A stretch of 32,000 nt of DNA. Origin: Ferroglobus placidus DSM 10642 (GTDB taxonomy: Archaea; Halobacteriota; Archaeoglobi; Archaeoglobales; Archaeoglobaceae). How positions within the stretch are numbered: position 1 is the stretch's first letter; the number at the start of each line of letters is the position of its first letter. Made by a program: the position numbers and the translations under genes. This document shows positions 1-8,585 of this stretch, piece after piece. Location: assembly GCF_000025505.1 (NCBI RefSeq), contig NC_013849.1:1890001-1922000 (forward strand), in the 5' to 3' direction. Under the pieces are notes generated by a model, which saw only the letters and a list, made by a program, of their open reading frames with translations, ran no database searches and was not told where the DNA came from.

Positions 1-339
1 GCAAGCGGAGCAGAACACAAATTCAGCCACGCTTTGGATTATCTCGGATACGGGAGCGGAGTGCACGGAGAGCAAGTAGCTTTGGGAACGATAATAATGG
101 AGTACCTCCATCAGAAGTACTACGGAATCGGAGACTGGGAGGCTATAAAGACAATTTTTGAAAAAGCTCAGGTACCGACGACGGCAAAAGAGCTAAATTT
201 AACTAAGGAGCAGATTCTCGAAGCTTTAATTTACGCTAAAAGAATCAGGAAAAAGAGGTACACGATTTTGGAAGACGTGAATCCGAGCAAAGAAGAGCTT
301 GAACTCGTTTTAATCAAGACCGGGATCGTAGAGAGTTAG
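1..339 (+). CDS. egsA: sn-glycerol-1-phosphate dehydrogenase, C-terminal part (5' end outside window)
   Basis: Frame 1 is open from nt 1 (ASGAEHKFSHALDYLGYGSGVHGEQVALGT...) with a stop at 337-339. The EH..SH...HGE..A.G pattern fits the archaeal G1P dehydrogenase / Fe-ADH-like family. Confidence 0.75.
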   Translation, partial: ASGAEHKFSHALDYLGYGSGVHGEQVALGTIIMEYLHQKYYGIGDWEAIKTIFEKAQVPTTAKELNLTKEQILEALIYAKRIRKKRYTILEDVNPSKEELELVLIKTGIVES

Positions 340-798
340 AACGTGCTTTGCCTCTTCAACTCTGTTTATCTTCCTAACCTCAGCTACGTTGTAGTTCTCG
401 ATTCTAACATCTATCAGCTCGCTCCCCAAGCCTTCGTTCATTTTCAGCAGAGAGTACACTCCGTTTACCTCCTCCCAGACCTCTTCCCCGAATACAATTT
501 TTTGAAAGGCTTTATTCAGCTCAATCCAGCTCATCTCAGCTATCTTTTGAACGGGAACGAAAGAAAAGTATTCAACTACTTTTTCCACATTCTCCTTTTC
601 GTGAATCCACGTGCATTCCACGCAGCTCCATACTTTAAAGTTTTTAAGCCTCCCGAAAGCGTTGTACAAGCAGGGATAAAAGGGACAGAAGCAGAGGGAG
701 CAATCCTGACCTTCGAAGTGACACGGGTAATACTCGCATTCTCCCTTTTTCATCCCGAAAATAGCCGAAACTAAATCTTTCAAAGCCTCTTCCCTCAT
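310..798 (-). CDS. cysteine-rich small domain protein (PF04071-like), function unknown
   Basis: 162-aa ORF. N-terminal string CEYYPCHFEGQDCSLCFCPFYPC...WSCVECTWIH matches my recollection of the archaeal cysteine-rich small domain. Its ATG overlaps the stop of the upstream DUF89 gene (ATGA at 795-798). Confidence 0.6.
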   Translation of the reverse strand: MREEALKDLVSAIFGMKKGECEYYPCHFEGQDCSLCFCPFYPCLYNAFGRLKNFKVWSCVECTWIHEKENVEKVVEYFSFVPVQKIAEMSWIELNKAFQKIVFGEEVWEEVNGVYSLLKMNEGLGSELIDVRIENYNVAEVRKINRVEEAKHVLTLYDPGLD

Positions 799-1655
799 TT
801 CAGCATCGCCACCATGCTGCCGACGCTAACCCCTATATCCCTCGCTACAGGTTCGCATTTGGCAGTCAAAAGAAAAGCAACGTTTTCCCACTTCGATTCG
901 GACAAGCATTCGTAGTTAGCCATACCCTTAGCCACGATTACGTCAGCCTCCTCTATCCTACTCTTCGTAACCTCCGGAAGCATTTCTTCGTCTATACCAA
1001 TCTCTCCTCCGTTAGGAAGTATTTCGTCGGCAACTTTATCTATTCCGGCAAGCTTCGCATCTTCGATTGTTGCGTCGCTGAGTATTGGCTTTCCTCTAAC
1101 TACAACGCTAACTTTCTCCGAGATCTTCTTGATTTCCCTTATCAGCAAATAATCGAAGAATATCTCTCCGGCGTTGTCAGTTACGTAAACAACCTTCCCT
1201 CTGCAGAGGTCCTTTATCTCCTCGGTGTCGTCGATAGTTAACCCTTTCGCGAACATTTTGAGGAAGTACATCTTGAAGTTATCTTCCTCAACTTTGTGAT
1301 CCAGAACTCCGTAGTCGAAGGCGTTACCGATTATGCTTGCCACGACTGCTCCGTAAAACTTGTCGGAAAGCTTCGAAATGAAATCTTCGACGAATGGCAG
1401 ATTTTTCATAGCAACAGCATTCGCTCTATCCTTAAGAGGTTTGTAAGGGTCTTCGACTCCGAGAACTTCGTAAACTCTTCTGTGGACTTTCGTGGCTATT
1501 AAAGCGTTAATCCCCCTCTTTTCGTATTCCTCGCTTAAAATTTTGAGAGCCTCTCCAACAGCCCTCTCTATTTTGCTCTGATCATTCGTAGCTATCTTGC
1601 ATTCTAGGTAAACCCTGTTCAGCAAACAAGCCGGACATTTAGCAGCGATCCTCAT
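795..1655 (-). CDS. DUF89 / ARMT1-like damage-control phosphatase family protein
   Basis: 286-aa ORF with an N-terminal CxxC (CPACLLNR), NAFDYG, VTDNAGEIFFD and KGMANYE strings typical of DUF89 proteins. It starts 2 nt after the gyrB stop. Confidence 0.8.
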   Translation of the reverse strand: MRIAAKCPACLLNRVYLECKIATNDQSKIERAVGEALKILSEEYEKRGINALIATKVHRRVYEVLGVEDPYKPLKDRANAVAMKNLPFVEDFISKLSDKFYGAVVASIIGNAFDYGVLDHKVEEDNFKMYFLKMFAKGLTIDDTEEIKDLCRGKVVYVTDNAGEIFFDYLLIREIKKISEKVSVVVRGKPILSDATIEDAKLAGIDKVADEILPNGGEIGIDEEMLPEVTKSRIEEADVIVAKGMANYECLSESKWENVAFLLTAKCEPVARDIGVSVGSMVAMLK

Positions 1656-1657
1656 AG

Positions 1658-3523
1658 CTACGTGTCGAGATTTCTCACTTCTGTGGCGTGCTCCATTATG
1701 AACCTCTTCCTGTCTTCGGTGTTCTCTCCCATGAGAATCGAAACTATCTCTTCGGCCATCGCCGCATCTTCGAGTGTTACCTGAATAAGTATCCTTCTCT
1801 TCGGATCCATCGTCGTCTCCCAGAGCTGTTCAGGGTTCATCTCTCCCAGACCTTTGTACCTCTGAACTTCCGCATCTCCTATTCTTTTAAGCAGGTTTTC
1901 GAGTTCTTTGTCTGAGTAAAGGTAGTAAACTTTCTTCCCCTTCTTAACTCTGTAGAGGGGCGGCTGGGCTATGTAAAGGTATCCGTTCTCTATAAGCGGA
2001 CGCATGTAGCGGTAGAAGAAGGTTAGCAGCAGAGTTCTTATGTGAGCTCCATCTATGTCCGCGTCGGTCATTATGATGATTCGCCTGTACCTCGCCTTTT
2101 TTATGTCGAAATCCTTTCCGAAACCGGCACCTATGGCAGCTATAATCGCTTTTATTTCGTCGTTTTTCAAAACTCTAACCATACCAGCCTTCTCTACGTT
2201 TATAATCTTACCTCTTATCGGCAAAATTGCCTGAAATCTTCTGTCTCTTGCCTGTTTTGCCGAACCTCCGGCAGATTCACCCTCAACTATGAACAGCTCC
2301 CTCTCTTCAGGATTTTTCGACGAGCAATCGGCAAGCTTCCCCGGAAGAGTTGCCACTTCTTCTCTCCTCTTTATAACGTCCCTCGCCCTTTTCGCAGCCT
2401 CTCTCGCTTTAGCAGCTAATATGCACTTCTCTATTATTTTGTTAGCCTGCTCAGGATGCTCTTCAAACCACCTCATCAATTCGCTGTAAACTATGGTCTC
2501 CACAGCCGTCTTAACTTCGCTGTTACTCAGCTTGGTCTTCGTCTGCCCCTCAAACTGTGGTTCCGGAACCTTAACTGAAATTACGGCTGTCAAACCTTCT
2601 CTGACGTCCACCCCGGTTATCGGCTTGAAGTTCTTGACGTTCTTCTTTCCGTATTCGTTTATCGCTCTCGTTAGAGCCGCTCTGAATCCTACAACGTGAG
2701 TGCCTCCCTCAACGTTGTGTATGTTGTTGGCATAAGCGAGAATAGTTTCGAAGTCGGTGTTCGTGTACTGCAGAGCTACTTCGACGCTAATTCCGTTTCT
2801 CTCTCCACTTATGTATATTACATCGGAAATCTTTTCTCTGTTGGCGTTGAGATGCTCCACGAACTCCACAATTCCCCTTTCTGAGTAGAACTCCTCCTTT
2901 TTCCCGCTTCTTTCATCGTACAGCTCAAGCTTCAGTCCCTTGTTCAAGTATGCGAGTTCTCTAAGTCTGTGCGCCACTATGTCGTAGCGGAACTCCGTCG
3001 TTTCGAAAATCTCCTCGTCTGGCTTGAACCTCACGTAAGTTCCCGTCTCGTTTGTCTCTCCGATAATCTCAAGAGGTGTCACCGGAACTCCTCTCTCGTA
3101 TCTCTGCCTGTATATCTTTCCGTTTCTCTTAACAATAACTTCCACCCACTCGGAAAGAGCATTAACGACGGATAAACCAACTCCGTGCAAACCTCCAGAG
3201 ACTTTGTACGCTTTTTTGCTGAACTTTCCTCCCGCGTGAAGCTTCGTCATCACTATTTCCAAAGCTGGCTTTCCGAGGGGGTGCATTTCGGTCGGAATTC
3301 CTCTTCCGTCATCTTCGACGCTCGCACTTCCATCCCTATGTAAAACTACTCTTATTCTGCTGCAGTATCCCGCTAAATGCTCGTCAACGCTGTTGTCGAT
3401 AACTTCCCACAAAAGGTGATGAAGCCCTCTAATTCCAACTCCACCAATGTACATCCCCGGTCTCTTTCTCACAGCTTCCAAATCGCTAAGAACTTCGATT
3501 TGCTCAGCCGTGTACTCTTCCAC
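1658..3523 (-). CDS. gyrB: DNA gyrase subunit B
   Basis: 621 aa with a GTG start. GHKL ATPase motifs LEAVRKRPGMYIGG, LWEVIDNSVDE and GGLHGVG. Toprim motifs ELFIVEGESAGGSAKQARDR and IMTDADIDGAHI. C-terminal QRYKGLGEMNP. Confidence 0.95.
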   Translation of the reverse strand: MEEYTAEQIEVLSDLEAVRKRPGMYIGGVGIRGLHHLLWEVIDNSVDEHLAGYCSRIRVVLHRDGSASVEDDGRGIPTEMHPLGKPALEIVMTKLHAGGKFSKKAYKVSGGLHGVGLSVVNALSEWVEVIVKRNGKIYRQRYERGVPVTPLEIIGETNETGTYVRFKPDEEIFETTEFRYDIVAHRLRELAYLNKGLKLELYDERSGKKEEFYSERGIVEFVEHLNANREKISDVIYISGERNGISVEVALQYTNTDFETILAYANNIHNVEGGTHVVGFRAALTRAINEYGKKNVKNFKPITGVDVREGLTAVISVKVPEPQFEGQTKTKLSNSEVKTAVETIVYSELMRWFEEHPEQANKIIEKCILAAKAREAAKRARDVIKRREEVATLPGKLADCSSKNPEERELFIVEGESAGGSAKQARDRRFQAILPIRGKIINVEKAGMVRVLKNDEIKAIIAAIGAGFGKDFDIKKARYRRIIIMTDADIDGAHIRTLLLTFFYRYMRPLIENGYLYIAQPPLYRVKKGKKVYYLYSDKELENLLKRIGDAEVQRYKGLGEMNPEQLWETTMDPKRRILIQVTLEDAAMAEEIVSILMGENTEDRKRFIMEHATEVRNLDT

Positions 3524-3642
3524 GAAACCAAATTTAATCTCTCGGTTTAAAACTCTTGGGTGTTCAATACGAATTCTACTTTAGCCATCGAAATGTTTTT
3601 CTTTTCTCTTTAGAAGGTAATTGGAATCGTGAAAGAGAAAAA

Positions 3643-3652
3643 TTTATAAATA
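3643..3652 (+). promoter_or_regulatory. TATA-box-like element upstream of small-ORF candidate
   Basis: TTTATAAATA preceded by an A-rich BRE-like stretch, about 35-40 nt upstream of the ATG at 3685. A GAGGGTGG Shine-Dalgarno-like string lies between them (3673-3680). Confidence 0.3.
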
Positions 3653-3684
3653 GTAAAATAAAAAAACCATTTGAGGGTGGTAAT

Positions 3685-3780
3685 ATGTTTAAAAGGATTT
3701 TTGAGAAATTAGTGTATTACTTTGTTATGATTTACGTTGTGATTGCGTTTTTAACTGGTAGGATGAAGATGTTTAAGTAG
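3685..3780 (+). CDS. candidate 31-aa hydrophobic peptide (MFKRIFEKLVYYFVMIYVVIAFLTGRMKMFK)
   Basis: ATG preceded by GAGGGTGG at a 4-nt spacing. One predicted TM segment. The stop is followed by the short inverted repeat AGAGCA(3779-3784)/TGCTCT(3798-3803) and then TTT. Below the ORF-track size cutoff as an ATG ORF (it is the 3' part of track ORF 3556-3780). Confidence 0.3.
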   Translation: MFKRIFEKLVYYFVMIYVVIAFLTGRMKMFK

Positions 3781-3931
3781 AGCAGGATATTTAGCTTTGC
3801 TCTTTGGTAATGATGCCCAGAAATTCAGCATTTTTCAAAAGATACTGGCTGAAACTTGTTTTAACACACCGATATTTAAACTACGTTTTGGTCCACAACG
3901 ATATTTACATCTACCAAGTAGAAACACAAAA

Positions 3932-3940
3932 TTTTATATA
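3932..3940 (+). promoter_or_regulatory. TATA-box-like element for the hsdM operon
   Basis: TTTTATATA centred about 30 nt upstream of the GTG at 3966, which would give a leaderless or near-leaderless transcript. It lies in a 440-nt AT-rich intergenic region shared with divergent gyrB. Confidence 0.3.
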
Positions 3941-3965
3941 CCAAATTGGAAGTACTTTTTTATAG

Positions 3966-5720
3966 GTGATACCCGTGTGGGATCAACTTTCTGACGTTGA
4001 AAATTGGGTGAAACAAAGATATATAGTTCTCGCTAAGGAATTCGGAAACAAGCCCTTTAGATTAGAAGACGCTGAAAAGGTTTTGAAAAAAGCGGGAATA
4101 GAAACCGGGAACGTGAAGGAATTACTTTCGATTCTGAGAAAAAAGGGTTTGCTTGAGGTTGAAAAAGACCCTGAAGATTTTAGAAGAAGCATCTACAGGT
4201 TGCTTTTTGTTGAAAAATCCGTGAGTCCTACGAGAGACAAGCTCTTCAGAAGCCTCAAAGCCGGAGCCGATCTGATAAGAGGAGGTGTTGATTACAAAGT
4301 GCTCTTGCTGTTCCTCTTCTACAAGGCTTTGAGCGATAAGTGGAATGCTCTCGTGGAAAGCTTCGTATCAGAAGGACACACAAAAACACAGGCTTATCTG
4401 CTTGCCAACAGAAAATACTATGTGCTTTACGACGAGAATGAGCAGAAGCTCCTGACTTGGCACGAAGTTACGAAGAAGAGAGAGACGCTCACAGAACTTG
4501 CGAACGCCTTAACGAGAATATCGAGATTGAATGAAAAGCTTTCAGACCTTGAGAAGCTCGTCGAGATTCTAGGATTCAAGGGATTCATAAGCGAAGATAA
4601 TCTTCACACTATCGAGAGCATAATCCAGATTTTCAACACCCTCGATTTCTCGAAGCTGCCCTATGACGTTATAGGAGATGCATATATGTGGATTCTGAAT
4701 TACTTCGCTCCACAGAAGGCGAAGGAAGGAGAAAACTACACTCCGATAGAAATAGTGAAGCTCGTTGTCAACTTGTTGGACATAGAGGTCGATGAAGAGA
4801 GTGGGGTTGTTACCGTTCTCGATCCAGCTTTAGGCTCCGGAAGTATGCTCATAGTTTCGAGAGATTACGTTAGAGAGAAGTACGGGAAGGAAGGGGAAGA
4901 TGTTCTCATGCTTTACGGTCAGGAAAGAAACGAGATAATGGGTGTTATAGCAAAAATGAACCTGATTCTTCACGACATAAAGAATTACGAGATTTTTATT
5001 GGAGACAGTTTAGCCAATCCGAGATTTCCGCAGTGCGATTACGTCGTCGCTAATCCGCCCTGGAACCAGGATTACAACGTGAACGGGCTTATAGAAGATC
5101 CAAAGGTTAAGAAAATTTACACGCAGTTCACGAGCACTTTGCCACCCAAAAACTCGATGGACTGGGGCTGGATACAGCTCATGCTTTACTTTGCAAGGAA
5201 AAAAGTTGGTATAATTCTCGACAACGGAGCTTTGTTCAGAGGAGGGAGTGAAAAGAGGATTAGAGAGGCTATTGTTAGGAGAGATTTGATCGAAGCCGTT
5301 GTTCTGCTTCCGGAGAAGCTCTTCTACAACACGGGAGCACCGGGATGCGTTATTATTTTCAACAAGAACAAGCCTGAAGAGAGGAAAGGTAAAATCCTGT
5401 TCATCAACGCAAGCAACGAGTACGAGAAGCATCCAGAAGTTAGAAGGTTGAACAGACTCGGAGAGAAAAATATCGAGAAGATCGTGGATGCTTACCGAGA
5501 ATTTAAGGATATCAAGGGTTTTGCGAGAGTTGTCAGCATTGAAGAGATTGCGAAGAACGATTACAATCTAAACGTTACGCTCTACGTAACTCCAATCGTA
5601 GAAGAAGAGGAGATCGACGTTGTCGAAGAGTGGCGAGAACTCGAGAAGATAGAAGCTGAGAGAGATGAGATAAAAGCCAAGCTCAGCGAATACGTTTCCG
5701 AAATAATGAGGGTTTGGTGA
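3966..5720 (+). CDS. hsdM: type I restriction-modification system, N6-adenine DNA methyltransferase subunit M, with N-terminal wHTH-like extension
   Basis: 584 aa. SAM-binding motif [13 protein letters not shown] and catalytic motif [11 protein letters not shown]. HsdM N-domain-like [24 protein letters not shown]. The GTG start at 3966 is uncertain (alternative GTG at 3975). Confidence 0.9.
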   Translation: MIPVWDQLSDVENWVKQRYIVLAKEFGNKPFRLEDAEKVLKKAGIETGNVKELLSILRKKGLLEVEKDPEDFRRSIYRLLFVEKSVSPTRDKLFRSLKAGADLIRGGVDYKVLLLFLFYKALSDKWNALVESFVSEGHTKTQAYLLANRKYYVLYDENEQKLLTWHEVTKKRETLTELANALTRISRLNEKLSDLEKLVEILGFKGFISEDNLHTIESIIQIFNTLDFSKLPYDVIGDAYMWILNYFAPQKAKEGENYTPIEIVKLVVNLLDIEVDEESGVVTVLDPALGSGSMLIVSRDYVREKYGKEGEDVLMLYGQERNEIMGVIAKMNLILHDIKNYEIFIGDSLANPRFPQCDYVVANPPWNQDYNVNGLIEDPKVKKIYTQFTSTLPPKNSMDWGWIQLMLYFARKKVGIILDNGALFRGGSEKRIREAIVRRDLIEAVVLLPEKLFYNTGAPGCVIIFNKNKPEERKGKILFINASNEYEKHPEVRRLNRLGEKNIEKIVDAYREFKDIKGFARVVSIEEIAKNDYNLNVTLYVTPIVEEEEIDVVEEWRELEKIEAERDEIKAKLSEYVSEIMRVW

Positions 5721-5905
5721 TGAGTATGGGAAAGGTTGTGGAAGCTATTTACGAGAAGGGGGTGCTGAAACCTCTCGAAAAGTTAGACTTAAAGGAGGGT
5801 GAGAGGGTCAAGATAGAAATCAGAAGGAGCGTTTTCGGAATCTTGAAGGACTGGAAAGTAGACTCTCAGAAGCTTAAGGATAAGTTTAGACAAACTGGAG
5901 GATGA
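5720..5905 (+). CDS. DUF104 (AF2212-like) putative antitoxin family protein
   Basis: [34 protein letters not shown] is the hallmark N-terminus of the archaeal DUF104 family. The ATG at 5720 overlaps the hsdM TGA by 1 nt (TGATG); alternative starts are 5714, 5717 and 5726. Its last codons GGAGGATGA supply the SD for the next gene. Confidence 0.7.
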   Translation: MSMGKVVEAIYEKGVLKPLEKLDLKEGERVKIEIRRSVFGILKDWKVDSQKLKDKFRQTGG

Positions 5906-5909
5906 TATC

Positions 5910-8258
5910 ATGATGTTGAACATATTTGAGGTAGATAAAAATCGAGTAGAGGTGCCACAGGACGTATACCTCTACAAGGTTCATCTAAAAACGCTGGAGC
6001 AGAGAAAAAGAGACATGTGTATAGCTGTCTTAAGAAATAGTTTTGGGTATCTTGACGTAAACAGTTTTGTTATATACTCGTACAAAGAGATTAGGGATCT
6101 GCCACGAAGAATTAAAAAATACTGCGACTTAGAACCTACAGGAAAGGTAAAAATGAATGAAGTTGACGAAAACGTTAGGAATGCATTGGTTAAAACTTTT
6201 CTTAGATCGAAGATAAGAAAGGATATTAAAAAACTCTTAAAAAAATTTAAAAAATTTCAACAAAGTGTTGGGCGATGGACAGTCGCATTGGACTTAGAGA
6301 GAATAGAGTTAGTGGAGCATAATGGAGAAATCCTCGTTTCTTTTAATGTCAAATTAAATATTAGTTCAATGATAAATTTATGGGATATAATTGAAAGAGA
6401 TGTTAACAGGCTAAAAGGACTCTGCTGGAGTCCAGAAAACCTAAACGACAATAGAATTTGGTTTAGGTACATTCCTCATTTGATTATAGAAGAAGTTGAG
6501 GATTTCGAGGAGAGTGCAAAATCTTTCATTCTTAGCGATGTTCATACTGGAGAAGAGTTTGGAGGTTGGACTACTGAAGATCTAAAGAAATATCCAGAAA
6601 ATGAGTATGGCTTATCAGAGGATGCCATTAAGAAAATTGGGAATTATACGCAATTCGATAGCACCCAACCGATTATTAAAGGTGTAACTTGGAGTGGTAA
6701 GGAGTATCCCTTTTTACCTCAGCATTGCATCCCAGCTTACAATCCAATGTTAGCAACAGCTGAGGAGAAAAAAAGAATAGAAGAAATTAAAATCAATTTA
6801 AAAAATAAAAAAGATGAAATTATTAGAAAAATAATTGAACAGCTACCGTACCTAAAACAACCTGATAACATTGAGATTAAAAAAGTGCAAGAGACAGCCA
6901 GATTAAGAGCAAAATTTGTTAAAGTTGAGGTAACTAAAGGTAAAATTACTAAAACTCTTTCTCAGCCGTACGAAAAACCAGTGTCGAGTACTTTGGATTT
7001 GTTTGGCTGGATTTCAAGAATTATAGATGGAGGAGATGGAATTATAGAGATTTGCATTCCAGATTACATACCAGAAAATCTTTCAAGAATTAAAGAGATC
7101 GAAGCATTCTTGCTAATTGAAAATGATTTGAACGAAAATGAAAGAAAAGTAGGCGACAAATTATTAAATGACGCAATATATGTTTATAACTTCGTTAGAA
7201 GCGTTTGCCTCAGGTGTGGTATAAATATACCTTACTTAAATTATAAAGGTAACCGATTCTACTTTGAAAATAGCAAAGAGGGTATCAGAGATATATACAA
7301 AAGGATAACCACCTCCCTTAGCGGTGAGATAGGTTTTGCTCTTATATTTGGAAAGAGAGATAATTATGAAGACGAAGAGGGCGAAGATTCTTTTGACTAC
7401 TACAATCCCCTAAAATCTGCTTTATTTAGAAACAACATATTAAGTCAAAATTTTGATGTCACGAATTATGTAAGAGGCGACGGCAAAATTAATAAGAACA
7501 CGATTAAATATGCTGTATCAAATATAATTTATAATATTTTTGGGAAGTTGGGAGTAAAATTCTTCGTTCTTGAAGAGGATGTTCCATACGACTACATACT
7601 TGGTATTGATGTAGGGTATGGCGAAGCTTACACAGGTAAAGTAGCTGGATGCACAACAGTGCACGACTCGGAGGGCAGACTAAGAAACTTAATTCCTATA
7701 GAAAAACAGAACTATCCCTCCAAGGAGACTGCAAGAATTAAAGCCTTACTAGAAGAAATTGAACAGAAAAAGAAAATTTACAACATAGATTTTGAGAACA
7801 AAAGTATACTAATCTTGAGAGACGGTCGCATTAATAAAGAAGAAATAAACCAACTGATGGAGTTTTCTGAAGAAAGAAATTGCAGGATAACGTATATCGA
7901 AATCAGGAAAAACATTGTGCATCAATTCTTAGTGAATAGCTCACAAGCGTGTTATGTCAAGATTGGCGATTATTACATCTTGAAAGCTCATAATCCTAGA
8001 ATAGGATTTCCCAGAGCAATAAAGATTGCAAGAAAGATCGTAATTGAGGGCGATGCGTGGAGAGAGTCATCACTAACGGAGGACGACATCTTACTGATTT
8101 ACAAACTTACAGCCCTGAATTATTCTACAATCGGCAGAGATAGCAATCTTAGAATACCGGCTCCAATTTACTACGCTGATAAACTTGTAAAAGCCCTTAA
8201 AAAAGGGTGGAAATTCGATGAGAGGTTCTTGAGGTATGGAATTCTATACTTCTTGTAG
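5910..8258 (+). CDS. long prokaryotic Argonaute (PIWI-domain protein), D-E-D-D catalytic residues apparently intact
   Basis: 782 aa. MID pocket Y498-x3-K502...Q513...K546 (DYYNPLK, LSQNF, FGKLGVKFFVL). PIWI motifs YILGIDVGY (D567), PSKET (E606), ILILRDGR (D638) and RIPAPIYYADKLV (D757, aligned with H807 of the human AGO2 string PAPAYYAH). PAZ/L2-like string YPFLPQHCIPAY. A GGAGGA SD lies 7 nt upstream of the ATG. Confidence 0.85.
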   Translation: MMLNIFEVDKNRVEVPQDVYLYKVHLKTLEQRKRDMCIAVLRNSFGYLDVNSFVIYSYKEIRDLPRRIKKYCDLEPTGKVKMNEVDENVRNALVKTFLRSKIRKDIKKLLKKFKKFQQSVGRWTVALDLERIELVEHNGEILVSFNVKLNISSMINLWDIIERDVNRLKGLCWSPENLNDNRIWFRYIPHLIIEEVEDFEESAKSFILSDVHTGEEFGGWTTEDLKKYPENEYGLSEDAIKKIGNYTQFDSTQPIIKGVTWSGKEYPFLPQHCIPAYNPMLATAEEKKRIEEIKINLKNKKDEIIRKIIEQLPYLKQPDNIEIKKVQETARLRAKFVKVEVTKGKITKTLSQPYEKPVSSTLDLFGWISRIIDGGDGIIEICIPDYIPENLSRIKEIEAFLLIENDLNENERKVGDKLLNDAIYVYNFVRSVCLRCGINIPYLNYKGNRFYFENSKEGIRDIYKRITTSLSGEIGFALIFGKRDNYEDEEGEDSFDYYNPLKSALFRNNILSQNFDVTNYVRGDGKINKNTIKYAVSNIIYNIFGKLGVKFFVLEEDVPYDYILGIDVGYGEAYTGKVAGCTTVHDSEGRLRNLIPIEKQNYPSKETARIKALLEEIEQKKKIYNIDFENKSILILRDGRINKEEINQLMEFSEERNCRITYIEIRKNIVHQFLVNSSQACYVKIGDYYILKAHNPRIGFPRAIKIARKIVIEGDAWRESSLTEDDILLIYKLTALNYSTIGRDSNLRIPAPIYYADKLVKALKKGWKFDERFLRYGILYFL

Positions 8259-8267
8259 TTGAGGCTC

Positions 8268-8585
8268 ATGAAGGTCGAAAAGATCGTTGAGGAATTCGCT
8301 CGGGAACTGAGGAAGAAACACGAAGACAAAGTAGAGGCTATAATCTTCTTCGGTTCTCATGCGAGGAGTGAAGGAAGGGAGGAGAGCGACATCGACGTTT
8401 TAATCATTGGAGACTTAAAGCTCGACGAAGCTGTAGATGTCGCTTATCCGATTTTTCTGAAGTACGGAGTTTACATTTCCCCGATCGTGATGAATAGAGA
8501 GCACTTCGAGACGTTAAAAGCTGAAAGGACCGGATTCATCGAGAACGTTTTGAAGGAAGGGGTATTTTTGTATGGCGGAGTATGA
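8268..8585 (+). CDS. minimal nucleotidyltransferase (MNT), antitoxin-type partner of HEPN
   Basis: FFGSHARSEGREESDIDVLII is the GSxxR...DxD Pol-beta-type NTase signature. The protein is small (105 aa from the ATG at 8268; alternative TTG at 8259, immediately after the Ago stop). The 3' end overlaps the HEPN gene by 14 nt. Confidence 0.85.
   Translation: MKVEKIVEEFARELRKKHEDKVEAIIFFGSHARSEGREESDIDVLIIGDLKLDEAVDVAYPIFLKYGVYISPIVMNREHFETLKAERTGFIENVLKEGVFLYGGV

Noticed and set aside
343-774. 143-aa plus-strand ORF inside the Cys-rich-domain gene. Similar long antisense ORFs include 2042-3175 (+) within gyrB, 15829-17019 (+) within the HPS/RraA gene, 22323-23287 (+) within the coiled-coil gene, 25204-25934 (+) within thrC-like and 30236-30851 (+) within the sulfite reductase gene.
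   Set aside because: Each lies entirely antisense to an ORF with strong family motifs. Their translations are low-complexity (S/L/F/P-rich) and they have no start-site signals. They are typical shadow ORFs.
3556-3994. Track ORFs 3556-3780 (74 aa) and 3797-3994 (65 aa) in the gyrB / hsdM intergenic region.
   Set aside because: They use non-ATG starts in AT-rich spacer DNA, have no SD and show no recognisable sequence. Only the 3' 31-codon ATG ORF (3685-3780) has plausible signals and is reported separately at low confidence. 3797-3994 overlaps the hsdM start and its promoter.
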